This document shows positions 1 to 9,793 of a stretch of 54,442 bases of DNA, one piece after another; the stretch's first letter is position 1, and the number at the start of each line of letters is the position of its first letter. The stretch is from positions 1-54,442 of the forward strand of contig JAKANM010000001.1 of NCBI GenBank assembly GCA_021812425.1. The letters are read 5' to 3'. The stretch is from a bacterium. GTDB taxonomy: Bacteria > Patescibacteriota > Patescibacteriia > Magasanikbacterales > GWA2-37-8. The notes below the pieces were generated by a model, which saw nothing but the letters and a program-made list of their open reading frames with translations, searched no databases and was not told where the DNA came from. The position numbers and the translations under genes are program-made.

Positions 1-2
1 CA

Positions 3-1301
3 TACCGAATTGGAAGAGCTTTTGTGGCCTTTTTGCGTTCCGGATCAAACCTGCATGAAAATCAATCAATCGTCGTCGGACGCGACATGCGGGAGAGCGG
101 TCCGTTTTTATCCGCGGCGGTGATGCGCGGCATTCAGGACGAAGGGGTAAATATTGTAAATATCGGTTTGACTTCGACGCCGCTTTTTAATTTTACCTGC
201 GCTAATTTCCCGGAACACGCCGGCGGTATCATGGTGACAGCTAGTCATAATCCGGCTGAATACAACGGTTTCAAATTGACGATGGGCAACGGATTGCCGG
301 TCGGACGGGGTAGCGGCATGGAGGCAGTACGCGATCTGGTTGACCGAAATGATTTTGTGGATCAGCCGAAACACGGTGAGATCAAGACCCGTGATGTTTT
401 CCCGGAATATTTGGAGCGATTGTTTGAATTGGTGACGCCGGACATGATAAAGCCGCTGAAAATTGTCATTGATGCCGGAAACGGCATGGCGGATGTTACT
501 TTTCCAAAAATTTTGAAACATTTACCGGTCGAGACGACCTATCTGTTCCTTGAGCCAGATGGACGTTTCCCGAACCACGAAGCCAATCCTCTCAAAACTG
601 AAACTTTGCAGGCGCTGCAAAAAAAAGTAGTTGAAATGAAAGCAAATTTCGGATTTGCTCTCGATGGCGACGCTGACCGCATCGGCCTTGTCGATGAGAA
701 AGGGCAGATCGTGCCGGCTTCGATCGTTGGCGCCTTGGTTGGTCTTGAAGTTTTGCAGACGCACCGTGGCGCCCGCATGCTCTATGATTTGCGTTCGAGC
801 GCGATCGTGAAGGAAGCTTGGGAAGCGGCTGGCGCGACCACGGAGATGTGCATGGTCGGACACGCTCTCATCAAAAAAATGATGTCGAAGACCAAAGCTG
901 ACTTCGCGAGTGAACTTTCCATGCATCTTTATTATGCTGATCTTTTTAACTTGGAATCATCTGATCTTTCTCTGCTTTATATCATGCAGATGCTTTCGCG
1001 CGAAGGCCGACCGCTGAGTAGTATTGTTAAGCCGTTTCAGAAATATTTTCATTCCGGAGAAATAAATTTTAAAATTACTGACAAGGAAGCGGTCTTGAAA
1101 AAGCTTGAAAAGAAATACACTTCAAAAACAAATGTAATCTCGCATCTTGACGGACTTTGGGTGAAGACTCCGTGGGGGATGGTCAGCGTTCGGTCCAGCA
1201 ACACCGAACCGGTGCTTCGATTGAATCTGGAGGCTGGTTCAGAGGAAAAAATGGAAGAAGAATTGGCAAAAATTGAGAAGATTATCAATTCGGCTGGCTA
1301 G
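3..1301 (+). CDS. phosphomannomutase/phosphoglucomutase family protein (alpha-D-phosphohexomutase), 5' end outside window
   Basis: The frame is open from nt 3 (YRIGRAFVAFL...), so the listed GTG at 24 is probably internal. Active-site loop TASHNPAEYNGFK, metal loop DGDADR and C-terminal SSNTEP motif are present. Confidence 0.85.
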   Translation, partial: YRIGRAFVAFLRSGSNLHENQSIVVGRDMRESGPFLSAAVMRGIQDEGVNIVNIGLTSTPLFNFTCANFPEHAGGIMVTASHNPAEYNGFKLTMGNGLPVGRGSGMEAVRDLVDRNDFVDQPKHGEIKTRDVFPEYLERLFELVTPDMIKPLKIVIDAGNGMADVTFPKILKHLPVETTYLFLEPDGRFPNHEANPLKTETLQALQKKVVEMKANFGFALDGDADRIGLVDEKGQIVPASIVGALVGLEVLQTHRGARMLYDLRSSAIVKEAWEAAGATTEMCMVGHALIKKMMSKTKADFASELSMHLYYADLFNLESSDLSLLYIMQMLSREGRPLSSIVKPFQKYFHSGEINFKITDKEAVLKKLEKKYTSKTNVISHLDGLWVKTPWGMVSVRSSNTEPVLRLNLEAGSEEKMEEELAKIEKIINSAG

Positions 1302-1347
1302 AATAGCTTAGTTTAGCCAAAAAAGATTTGATTCGATCATAAATCGC

Positions 1348-1376
1348 TTGACAAACAAGCGTTTTTTTGATATAAT
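1348..1376 (+). promoter_or_regulatory. sigma70-type promoter, perfect consensus (TTGACA-17 nt-TATAAT)
   Basis: TTGACA at 1348-1353, a 17-nt spacer, then TATAAT at 1371-1376. It lies about 80 nt upstream of the small ORF at 1457. Confidence 0.6.
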
Positions 1377-1456
1377 TCGGCGCCGTTGTTTTTAGGGAAG
1401 TACTTGTCGGCGCATAGGGTGCCGGCGAGATTTGCTCATTTCGAAAGGAGATTTTC

Positions 1457-1624
1457 ATGAAGACTGCCACCGAAGAATCGAAAGCCGCTCCGAAAGAGTC
1501 CGTCACGAACGAACAACCGGGCGTGGTGGAGCCCAGCTTGATCGATGATCCCGATTACGAGTTCGATCTCGACGGCTACCCGCCCGTGAAGTCGCCGGAC
1601 ATGCCGGACGGCGGCGGCTTCTAG
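1457..1624 (+). CDS. 55-aa acidic small protein, unknown function (below the ORF-track cutoff)
   Basis: ATG is preceded by AAAGGAG (1445-1450). Translation is MKTATEESKAAPKESVTNEQPGVVEPSLIDDPDYEFDLDGYPPVKSPDMPDGGGF. It is flanked by a consensus promoter and a strong terminator. The two longer antisense ORFs here (1436-1639, 1503-1700) are Arg/Pro-rich junk. Confidence 0.5.
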   Translation: MKTATEESKAAPKESVTNEQPGVVEPSLIDDPDYEFDLDGYPPVKSPDMPDGGGF

Positions 1625-1641
1625 GCCGAAACAACGCAAAA

Positions 1642-1685
1642 AACCCGTTCCTGACGAAGATGTCAGGAACGGGTTCTTCTTTTAT
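1642..1685. terminator. bidirectional intrinsic terminator between the small ORF and htpX
   Basis: Perfect 14-bp stem AACCCGTTCCTGAC / GTCAGGAACGGGTT (1642-1655 / 1662-1675) with loop GAAGAT. A T-rich run lies downstream and an A-run upstream. Confidence 0.8.
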
Positions 1686-1700
1686 ACACAAAAACGGCAA

Positions 1701-2594
1701 TTAAACACTCATCTCCCGCAATCGTTTTATCCGCTCATCAAGCGGCGGGTGAGTGGAAAACAGATTCATGACGGAGTTTGATTTGAACGGGTTGGCAAGG
1801 AACAGGTGCGCGGTGGCGGGCGTGGCGCGCTGAAGTGGAAGGTTTTCCGTTCTTATTTTTTCGAGGGCGTTAGCCAGTCCTTCTGGAAATCTAGTGGCGA
1901 GCGCTCCGGAGGCATCCGCGAGGTATTCGCGGCGTCTCGAAATTGCAAGTTTGATGAGCTCGGCGATGATCGGAGAGAGGATCGCGAGGACGATCCCGAT
2001 GACCATGAAGATTGCTGCGAGCTGTCCGCTATTTTCACTATCACGGCGCCGAGCGCCAAACCAAAATTGACTGCGTAGGAAAATTTGCGCCATGATTGAG
2101 ATCGCGCCGACGAGCACTGCCACAAGAGTCATAAATCTGATGTCGAAATTTTTTACATGCGACAGTTCGTGAGCGATAACGCCTTCCAGTTCTTCATTTT
2201 TTAATTTTTCAATCGCGCCGCGCGTGATGGCGATCGAGGCGAGAAGCGGTTCGCGTCCGGTGGCAAAGGCGTTGATGGCCGGATCATCAATAATATAAAT
2301 TTTTGGAACTGGCAGGCCGGTGGCGATGCTGAGATTCTCCACCAAGTGGTAGACGTATTTATTTTCTTCTTCAGAAATCGCCCGCGCGCCACTTGCCAGA
2401 AGCGCGATTTTGTCGCCCTGATAATATGAAATCAGCGTGCTAAAAAACGAAATAATAATCGCGATCCAAACCCCGGCATACGAGGTATCGCCCTCAGCTC
2501 GGCTAAAAACAAACCCTAGCCCAATGATGATCACGATGAAGAGCGTCATCAAAATTACCGACCGGCGTTTGTTGGCAGTGATTTCGCTGTACAT
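1701..2594 (-). CDS. htpX: HtpX-like M48 zinc metalloprotease
   Basis: HELSHVKNFD (HExxH), N-terminal and central TM segments, and C-terminal FSTHPPLDERI typical of HtpX. Confidence 0.9.
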   Translation of the reverse strand: MYSEITANKRRSVILMTLFIVIIIGLGFVFSRAEGDTSYAGVWIAIIISFFSTLISYYQGDKIALLASGARAISEEENKYVYHLVENLSIATGLPVPKIYIIDDPAINAFATGREPLLASIAITRGAIEKLKNEELEGVIAHELSHVKNFDIRFMTLVAVLVGAISIMAQIFLRSQFWFGARRRDSENSGQLAAIFMVIGIVLAILSPIIAELIKLAISRRREYLADASGALATRFPEGLANALEKIRTENLPLQRATPATAHLFLANPFKSNSVMNLFSTHPPLDERIKRLREMSV

Positions 2595-2596
2595 AA

Positions 2597-3163
2597 TTAG
2601 AACTTCACCCGCACGCTTTGCTTTTCATTTTCCTGAGCGGCGAAGAATTCGAAGGCGGTGAATTTCAAGGCGTTGGCAAAAATGTTGGTCGGAAAAATTT
2701 GGATTTTGGTGTTGAAGTCTCGGACGTTGCCATTATAGAAACGCCGCGCGGCTTGAATTTTATTTTCCGTGTCGGAAATCTCATCTTGTAGCTGGAGGAA
2801 ATTCTGACTAGCTTTCAGCTCCGGATAATTTTCACTGACCGCGAAAAGGGTTTTCAGGGTGCCGGAGAGCTGGTTCTCAGCGGCCTCTTTTTCTTTCAAG
2901 CTGGCGTCCGGGTTTTTGCTGACATTCATGGCGGCGGCGCGCGCTTCCGTCAGTTTTACCAAAGTTTCGCGTTCATGCGTCATATAACCCTTTACGGTTT
3001 CGACGAGATTTGGGATCAGGTCGTAGCGTCTCTTTAGCTGGACATCGATATCGCTGGCGGCTTCGGCCACGCGATTTTTACTTTGGATTAGACCGTTGTA
3101 CATGGCGATAATCCAGAGAATGATCGCCACTATGATTGCGACCAGGATTAGTGTTGGACTCAT
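2597..3163 (-). CDS. lemA: LemA family protein
   Basis: N-terminal TM followed by NGLIQSKNRVAEAASDIDVQLKRRYDLIPNLV, typical of LemA. It ends 2 nt before htpX, the classic lemA-htpX pair. Confidence 0.85.
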   Translation of the reverse strand: MSPTLILVAIIVAIILWIIAMYNGLIQSKNRVAEAASDIDVQLKRRYDLIPNLVETVKGYMTHERETLVKLTEARAAAMNVSKNPDASLKEKEAAENQLSGTLKTLFAVSENYPELKASQNFLQLQDEISDTENKIQAARRFYNGNVRDFNTKIQIFPTNIFANALKFTAFEFFAAQENEKQSVRVKF

Positions 3164-3250
3164 AGATTTAATGATTATGATTATTTTAATTGAAAGGCTT
3201 CACATTATTGCGAAGATAGTATATAATGGGGAAAGGTTTTTTACAAGATT

Positions 3251-4396
3251 TTGGCTGTGTTTACATTGATTATTTTTATTGCAGTGCTCGCCGTCCTGGT
3301 TCTATCCCACGAATTTGGGCATTTTATTGTTGCCCGAAAAAATGGAATCACAGTAGAGGAATTTGGGTTTGGTTTTCCGCCGCGCCTCATCGGTATCCGC
3401 CGGGTGAAATTTGGTGGGAAGGCAAGTTGGCAGATTATCTGGAACAAACGCCAGCTCGAGCAAACTCTGGAACATCACTCTGGCACGATTTACTCGATCA
3501 ATTTGATCCCGCTTGGTGGCTTTGTGAAAATAAAGGGGGAAAATGCCGACGCGGACATTGCCAATGACCCTGATAGTTTCAGCGTGAAGAAAACCTGGCA
3601 AAAGGCTTTGGTGCTGGTCGCTGGGGTCGCGATGAATTTTCTCCTGGCCGCGGTGCTGATTTCGGTCGGTTATATGATCGGGATGCCGGCCGTTGGAGAC
3701 GAGGTTGGTTCGAACAGCAAACTTGAAGTAGTTGAAACTATGGCCGGCAAGCCGGCTGCCGTCGCCGGTATTGTGGCCGGAGACAAAATTATAAAAATCG
3801 ATAATATTGAACACGCCTCGGTTCCGGAGTTTCAAAAATATGTCGACGGGCATCGCACGGCCAGCGTCGCCTTTACCATCGAGCATGAAGGAAAAATTAT
3901 CGTGAAGAATATTCAGCCGGCTTCGATTGGTAACGGCAGGTTTGGCATCGGCGTCGCGATCGAGGCGGTCGGAAATATTCAGTATCCGTGGTACCGCGCG
4001 ATTTTCGAGGGGTTTGTCACTGCCGGAAAATATTTTGTGATGATTATCATCGGACTCTGGACTCTGGTTCGTGGGCTTTTCGTTGGCGCTTCGATGGAGA
4101 GCGCGGTCGCCGGGCCGGTCGGCGTCGCGGTTTTGACTGGGCAAGCGGCGCGTATGGGATTTGTCTATCTTCTCCAACTAACGGCGATTTTATCGCTCAA
4201 TCTCGCGGTCATCAACATCCTTCCGATCCCGGCGCTCGACGGTGGTAGGTTGCTTTTTGTCCTGTGGGCCAAGTTTTTCCGACGTCCGGTAAATCCTCAC
4301 ACCGAACAGATTATTCACACGATTGGTTTTGTTCTTCTGATTTTTTTGGTTATAATGGTGACAGTGAAGGACATCGGTAATAATTTTAAGTTTTAA
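3251..4396 (+). CDS. rseP: RseP/site-2 protease, M50 family zinc metalloprotease with PDZ domain
   Basis: TTG start. HEFGHFIVARKNG (HExxH), PDZ-like AGKPAAVAGIVAGDKIIKIDN, and second motif NLAVINILPIPALDGG. Confidence 0.9.
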   Translation: MAVFTLIIFIAVLAVLVLSHEFGHFIVARKNGITVEEFGFGFPPRLIGIRRVKFGGKASWQIIWNKRQLEQTLEHHSGTIYSINLIPLGGFVKIKGENADADIANDPDSFSVKKTWQKALVLVAGVAMNFLLAAVLISVGYMIGMPAVGDEVGSNSKLEVVETMAGKPAAVAGIVAGDKIIKIDNIEHASVPEFQKYVDGHRTASVAFTIEHEGKIIVKNIQPASIGNGRFGIGVAIEAVGNIQYPWYRAIFEGFVTAGKYFVMIIIGLWTLVRGLFVGASMESAVAGPVGVAVLTGQAARMGFVYLLQLTAILSLNLAVINILPIPALDGGRLLFVLWAKFFRRPVNPHTEQIIHTIGFVLLIFLVIMVTVKDIGNNFKF

Positions 4397-4398
4397 TT

Positions 4399-5430
4399 AT
4401 GCCTTTAGACGTTGAAAAATTTGAGTCCGAAGCGCTAGTCGCGATAGCGGAGGCGAAAGACCGGGCCGCTCTCGAAGAAGTGGAGAATAGACTCCTCGGG
4501 AGGAAACAGGGTGAATTTACTCTTTTGATGCGCGGACTCTCCGAATTGGCCGCTCCGGAAAAAAAATCCGCCGGCGCGCGCCTGAATGAATTGAAGGGGA
4601 AGCTTGTCGAAGCCGTGAACCAGAAACGCGCCGCGCTTGAGAGCGCCGCCTGGGAGCAAATTTCGGAAACTGAAAAAGTAGATCTTACCGCTCCGGCCTT
4701 GCCGCCTAGGAAATCCGGTCATTTTCATCCGAGTACTTTGGTTCAGCGCGATCTCGAAAATTTATTTACCTCGATGGGTTTTGCCGTGCTTGATGGTCCG
4801 GAAGTCGAGAGTGATTATTATAATTTTTCGGCGCTAAATATCCCGGAGACTCATCCGGCCCGCGAACTGCAGGATACTTTTTATATCAAAGGACATAATA
4901 ATTGGGTGATGCGCACTCACACTTCGCCGATGCAAGTCCGGGCGATGCAGAAATATGGCGCGCCGCTTCGCGTCGTCGTCCCGGGGAAGTGCTATCGCAA
5001 TGAAGCGACTGACGTCCGTCATGAACATACTTTTTATCAATTTGAAGGGTTGGTGGTAGATGAAGGGATAAATTTTAGTCACTTGAAAGGCGTGCTTGAA
5101 ATTGTGGCGAAGCATCTCTATGGCGAGAAGACCGAAGTGCGACTCAGGCCGAAATATTATCCATTTGTCGAGCCGGGCGTGAACGGCGAAGTAACTTGTT
5201 TTACCTGCGCCGGCAAGGGTTGCCGACTTTGTAAAAATTCCGGCTGGTTGGAAGTGTTTGGCGCGGGCATGGTGCATCCCAATGTTTTGATTGAAGGGAA
5301 TATTGATCCCCAAAAGTACACCGGTTTTGCGTTCGGATTCGGACTCACTCGCCTCGTGATGTTGAAATATGGTATCGATGACGTGCGCCTGCTTGAGAGT
5401 GGGAACATGAAGTTTTTAGAACAGTTCTAG
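4399..5430 (+). CDS. pheS: phenylalanine--tRNA ligase alpha subunit
   Basis: Class II motifs (HPARELQDTFY, FRNEA-like YRNEATD, GFAFGFGLTRL). Length 343 aa, followed by pheT. Confidence 0.95.
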   Translation: MPLDVEKFESEALVAIAEAKDRAALEEVENRLLGRKQGEFTLLMRGLSELAAPEKKSAGARLNELKGKLVEAVNQKRAALESAAWEQISETEKVDLTAPALPPRKSGHFHPSTLVQRDLENLFTSMGFAVLDGPEVESDYYNFSALNIPETHPARELQDTFYIKGHNNWVMRTHTSPMQVRAMQKYGAPLRVVVPGKCYRNEATDVRHEHTFYQFEGLVVDEGINFSHLKGVLEIVAKHLYGEKTEVRLRPKYYPFVEPGVNGEVTCFTCAGKGCRLCKNSGWLEVFGAGMVHPNVLIEGNIDPQKYTGFAFGFGLTRLVMLKYGIDDVRLLESGNMKFLEQF

Positions 5431-5440
5431 TATCTAGCAT

Positions 5441-7882
5441 ATGAAAGTTTCCTTCAATTGGTTAAAAGATTACGTTAAACTTCCGGACTCCATTTCTCCG
5501 GAAGCGGTTGCGGAACAATTAAAATTGAGCACAGTCGAAGTGGAGAGCGTGGAAAATCTCGGTGTGCAACTAGAAAATGTCGTCGTCGGAAAAATTTTGA
5601 ATTGTGGTCCGCATCCCGACGCCGATAAACTAAAAGTTTGTGAAGTTGACCTAGGAACAGAAAAAACTTCGATCGTCTGCGGCGGCAGTAATGTGGCCGA
5701 AGGTATGCTGGTGGCGGTCGCGAAGATCGGCGCCAAAGTAAAATGGCACGGTGAGGGCGAACTCGTGACGCTGGAGAAAGCAACTATTCGCGGCGTTGAA
5801 TCGAGCGGTATGATCTGTGGCGCGGATGAGATCGGCCTCGTATGGTTCTTTCCAAAAAAAGATGAAAAAGAAATTGTTGATCTTACCAAATTAAAATTTA
5901 AACCCGGTACGCCGTTGTCTGAAGCTCTGAAGCTGAACGACGCGATTTTTGAAATTGATAACAAGTCATTGTCTAATCGTCCCGATCTTTGGGGTCATTA
6001 TGGAATCGCGCGGGAAGTGGCGGCGCTTAACAGTCGCGCGGTTGTTCCTTATACTGTCGCGGCGATAAAACCGGGCAAGGGTGTGATCAAAGTCGAAATC
6101 GAAAATGCTGAAAATTGTTCGCGTTATATGGCGGTCGCGGTGGAAGGGGTTACTGTCGGGCCTTCGCCGGTTTGGCTTCAGCAGAAACTTGTCGCCGTCG
6201 GCCAGCGTCCGATAAATTCCGTGGTTGATATCACAAATTTTGTCATGCTTGATCTTGGTCAGCCTCTGCATGCTTTTGACGGAAAAATTTTACAGGCTGA
6301 AAGCGGAGGGTATGCGGTCGGCGTGCGCGGCGCGAAGCCTGGCGAAAAGTTTATCACACTCGATGAAAAGGAACGTGTTCTGCCGGAAGGAGCCCTGCTT
6401 ATAACTTCATCTGACAAGCCGGTAGCGATTGCCGGTATTATGGGCGGGCTCGACAGTGGAGTCCAGATCAGTACCGCGACGGTCGTTTTCGAGGCGGCCA
6501 ATTTTAACGCGGCATTAATCAGAAAAACTTCCACTGCGCTTGGTCTGCGCACCGACGCCTCGGCTCGGTTTGAAAAAAATCTTGATCCCAGTCTGTGTGA
6601 AATGGCGTTGGCTAAGGCGGTTAAGCTGTTGCTTGAAATTTCCCCCGGCGCAAAAGTTGCCACGAAGATTGCTGACGCCGGTACCGTCAAAGAGTTAAAA
6701 GGTTCGTTTGAGGTCAAGGCGGATTTTTTCACGCGTAAGATCGGCGTTAAAATTCCGAAAAAAACCATCATCGAAATTTTGGAATTACTAGGCTTTACGG
6801 TGAAATCAAAAGAAGTATCATTTCAGATTGGCGTGCCCAGCTGGCGCGCGCGCGATATTGATTGTCCGGAAGCGATTGTGGAGGAAGTTCTGCGTATTTA
6901 CGGTTATCAAAATATTCCCGGTAGTTTGCCGGCATTTTCTATCACACCGCCGGAGGAAAATAAATTACGGACGATTGAGCGAAGATTTAGTGATATTTTG
7001 GTGGAGGAACTTTCCTGTACTGAAGTGTATAATTATTCTTTCGTGAGCGCGGAGAATATCAAAAATCTTGGCGATGATGCTTCCAAATATTTAGAATTAG
7101 ACAATCCTCTCTCCAAAGAGAGGCCGTTCCTGCGCCGGCACCTGCTGAACAATTTACTGGAAAATGTTAAAAGGAATATTGATAATTATTCCGAACTTAG
7201 GTTATTCGAAATCGGCAGGAAATTTTTACCGGAACTTTCCGGTCAGAGAGCCAGACAAAATAGCGACGAGCTTCTGCCGCGTGAAGTGAATTGGCTGACA
7301 GCGGTATTTGCCGGCAAGAAAAACAGGAATTTTTTTGCTGAGGCAAGGGGAGCCGCGGAAGCGATTTTTCGTGAATTGAATTTGGAATTAAAATTAGAAG
7401 TGCCGAAGAAACTGGCGCCTTGGTTACATCCGGCGCGTTCCGGCAATATCACGGTCGCGGGAAAGTACGTTGGTTCAATATTTGAGCTTCATCCAAAGAC
7501 CTTAAAGAATTTTAACCTAGACTGTTCGGTCGCGGCGTTGGCTTTGAATTTGGACGAGCTGATTGCTTTCTGCGGTCATGAAGAAAAGTATGAACCGATT
7601 CCAGAATTTCCGGCTGTGGAGAGAGATTTGGCGTTCGTGATCGAGAAGCAAGTTTTGAATACTGATATCATTCGCGAGATGTTGGGACAGAGTGATTTGT
7701 TGAGGAAGGTTGAGTTGTTTGATGTCTATGAAGGGGTGAATTTGCTCGCTTCAAAGAAGAGTGTAGCTTACCGTTTGACTTTTGTTCACCCGGAACGAAC
7801 GCTGACTACAAGTGAGGTTAACGAGGTAGTGGAAAAAATTAAAAATTCTTTTGAAAGTAAATGGGGTGTGGAGTTCCGGTAG
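5441..7882 (+). CDS. pheT: phenylalanine--tRNA ligase beta subunit
   Basis: N-terminal tRNA-binding OB domain (HPDADKLKVCEVDLG), B3/4 and B5 domains, C-terminal FDX-ACB-like end. 813 aa. Confidence 0.95.
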   Translation: MKVSFNWLKDYVKLPDSISPEAVAEQLKLSTVEVESVENLGVQLENVVVGKILNCGPHPDADKLKVCEVDLGTEKTSIVCGGSNVAEGMLVAVAKIGAKVKWHGEGELVTLEKATIRGVESSGMICGADEIGLVWFFPKKDEKEIVDLTKLKFKPGTPLSEALKLNDAIFEIDNKSLSNRPDLWGHYGIAREVAALNSRAVVPYTVAAIKPGKGVIKVEIENAENCSRYMAVAVEGVTVGPSPVWLQQKLVAVGQRPINSVVDITNFVMLDLGQPLHAFDGKILQAESGGYAVGVRGAKPGEKFITLDEKERVLPEGALLITSSDKPVAIAGIMGGLDSGVQISTATVVFEAANFNAALIRKTSTALGLRTDASARFEKNLDPSLCEMALAKAVKLLLEISPGAKVATKIADAGTVKELKGSFEVKADFFTRKIGVKIPKKTIIEILELLGFTVKSKEVSFQIGVPSWRARDIDCPEAIVEEVLRIYGYQNIPGSLPAFSITPPEENKLRTIERRFSDILVEELSCTEVYNYSFVSAENIKNLGDDASKYLELDNPLSKERPFLRRHLLNNLLENVKRNIDNYSELRLFEIGRKFLPELSGQRARQNSDELLPREVNWLTAVFAGKKNRNFFAEARGAAEAIFRELNLELKLEVPKKLAPWLHPARSGNITVAGKYVGSIFELHPKTLKNFNLDCSVAALALNLDELIAFCGHEEKYEPIPEFPAVERDLAFVIEKQVLNTDIIREMLGQSDLLRKVELFDVYEGVNLLASKKSVAYRLTFVHPERTLTTSEVNEVVEKIKNSFESKWGVEFR

Positions 7883-7930
7883 AGGGTGTGGTATAATGTA
7901 GGTATTAATTTATTCTTAAAGGGGGGTAAT

Positions 7931-8314
7931 ATGTTACAAACAAAAGATATTCTATATCTCGTAATCTCATTTTGTATAGTTTGGATTACGGTTTTTCTGT
8001 GTTGGACTTTTTACTATGTCATGCGGTTGCTCCGAAACGCCAATCAGATTACGGAGGAATTTCGTAGTCGGTTGCAGGTTTTGACCGAGACCATCAACTA
8101 TGTTCGGGGTAAGGTTGAGCACATGTCCGGACTAATGACCGTTCTTAGCGGTGGACTATCTGAGTATGTTAAAAAAACAGTGACAAAAAAAGCCAAGCAA
8201 TGGGTTGATGAGGGGGCGGACAAATTTGATGAAACAGCAAAAGACGCGGTTGAGAAAGCGGTCGAGGCCACGGCGGCGAAAATGAAAAAGGCCGCGCACA
8301 AATTAAGGAAGTAG
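7931..8314 (+). CDS. hypothetical small membrane-anchored protein with Lys/Ala-rich helical tail
   Basis: ATG at 7931 is preceded by AAAGGGGGG. One N-terminal TM (ILYLVISFCIVWITVFLCWTFYYV). The upstream extension to 7886 lacks an RBS. Confidence 0.5.
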   Translation: MLQTKDILYLVISFCIVWITVFLCWTFYYVMRLLRNANQITEEFRSRLQVLTETINYVRGKVEHMSGLMTVLSGGLSEYVKKTVTKKAKQWVDEGADKFDETAKDAVEKAVEATAAKMKKAAHKLRK

Positions 8315-8325
8315 ATTTTTTAAAA

Positions 8326-8351
8326 AACCATCCGCCAGGGTGGTTTTTTTT
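8326..8351 (+). terminator. intrinsic terminator
   Basis: AACCATCC-GCCA-GGGTGGTT stem followed by T9. Confidence 0.7.
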
Positions 8352-8483
8352 GTTCCTTTTACTTGTCGTATCGATGGGGTATCAACCCTTGCCAAAACAC
8401 CTTTTTTTTGCTACTGTCTAAAAAGGAATATTCTTTGAAAATTCACGAAAAGCCAATAACTACGCAATCACACCGAGGTCAAA

Positions 8484-9779
8484 ATGTCGTCTGGAGCCCG
8501 AAAGATTTACGTTATTTCCGACCTGCATTTGGGGGCCGGCGTTCACAGCTCGTGGAAGGAAAGCATGCACGAGATGTTCAAGTCTCATCCGGCCGGCCTC
8601 GACTTCAGGGATACCAGCGAAGATAAAGTTCTGGATCCAGTTTTTCACGATTTCATCCACTGGGTCGTGAGCAACCACGAGGACGAAGATGTCTGCCTGA
8701 GATTTCTCGGCGACACTTTCGACCCTCTTGCCGTGGAACTTGACGGCCGCGCGGACTTCCCGCAATACGAGGGAGATGATGTTCTCAGATTTCAGAAAAT
8801 TGCCGCCGGACATCCGGAGTTCATTGTGGCCTTGCGATTTTTTTGCGAGCAGCCGCGCAATTACGTGGAATTTGTCCCAGGCAATCACGATTTGTTCCTG
8901 GCTTGGCCAGTAGTCCAGACGGAAGTTGTGAAGTTGATTTCGCCGGATCATCCTGAGCGCGTGCGATTTCTGACTTCGCTGGCGGAAGATGGTGTGTATT
9001 TCGAACACGGCGCCACCGAGCCGCACAATCGGTTCGATCTCATCCTGAAAAAAAACATCATTGAAGAGGTCGGCCCCTTGAGTGGTGAGGTTCGAAGGAC
9101 GCTCGACGTCACGCAAGGTCACTATCTCAGCCGCGGCCTCGCAAACCCGCTCATGCTGATAGACTTTTTGATCGAGCGGATGCACATCCATGGTTTTGTT
9201 TGGTTGGATATTTTGCTCCATCCTTTCCGACGGCCGTGGTACCGCTGCCGATCATTCGTATTCGTGCTGGTGGCGGCCTACCATCTCACCAAGATCTTTA
9301 TTTTTCATTCGCTTTCCACCCTCCGACACATGAGGACGAAAAGTGGGTTCATGAAGATCCTCAAGGTCCTCTGGTGGACAATTACCGGCGCGATTGACGG
9401 CACTACTACGAAGGCGCGCGCCGAAAGGTACCTCCGCGAACACGATGAAACAGACGTCGTGGTCCTGGGTCACGAACATAGTCCAGGGGAAGAGCTTCTC
9501 CATATCGGCAATCGACCGAGGAAGTATTTCAACGTCGGGGCATGGATACAGATGTGGGAACGCCGCGTGCCGTCGCCGTCGGAGCTGACCTGGAAGAGAT
9601 TTCATCGATTGCAAGGTTTACTGCTTTTCCTCCGAGATTTGTTTCAGAGTCCGGAGCTCGTCTCGGTGATGCTCTTCCCGGTTCTCGTGGTCAGCCACGA
9701 TGAGAAGGGGGAGCGCGGAGTCAGATTCATGCGTTGGGACTCCGAGGGAAAAGAGATCAGGGATTTCACCGATCAGTAA
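8484..9779 (+). CDS. calcineurin-like metallophosphoesterase with an internal hydrophobic insertion
   Basis: Motifs in order: ISDLHLG, GDTFD, PGNHD, GHEH. A central hydrophobic stretch (FVWLDILLHPF...FVFVLVAAYHL...WWTITGAI) is present. The sequence is visibly more GC-rich than its neighbours. Confidence 0.7.
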   Translation: MSSGARKIYVISDLHLGAGVHSSWKESMHEMFKSHPAGLDFRDTSEDKVLDPVFHDFIHWVVSNHEDEDVCLRFLGDTFDPLAVELDGRADFPQYEGDDVLRFQKIAAGHPEFIVALRFFCEQPRNYVEFVPGNHDLFLAWPVVQTEVVKLISPDHPERVRFLTSLAEDGVYFEHGATEPHNRFDLILKKNIIEEVGPLSGEVRRTLDVTQGHYLSRGLANPLMLIDFLIERMHIHGFVWLDILLHPFRRPWYRCRSFVFVLVAAYHLTKIFIFHSLSTLRHMRTKSGFMKILKVLWWTITGAIDGTTTKARAERYLREHDETDVVVLGHEHSPGEELLHIGNRPRKYFNVGAWIQMWERRVPSPSELTWKRFHRLQGLLLFLRDLFQSPELVSVMLFPVLVVSHDEKGERGVRFMRWDSEGKEIRDFTDQ

Positions 9780-9793
9780 GTAAGGAGTTTTCA

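Noticed and set aside
3302-4177. 291-aa ORF antisense to rseP
   Set aside because: It is Arg/Pro/His-rich low-complexity sequence with no motifs. The opposite strand carries unambiguous M50 protease motifs (HEFGH, PDZ, LDGG).
8460-9221. 253-aa ORF antisense to the metallophosphoesterase
   Set aside because: The plus strand shows the ordered DxH / GD / GNHD / GHEH motif set. The antisense ORF is a by-product of GC-rich coding sequence.
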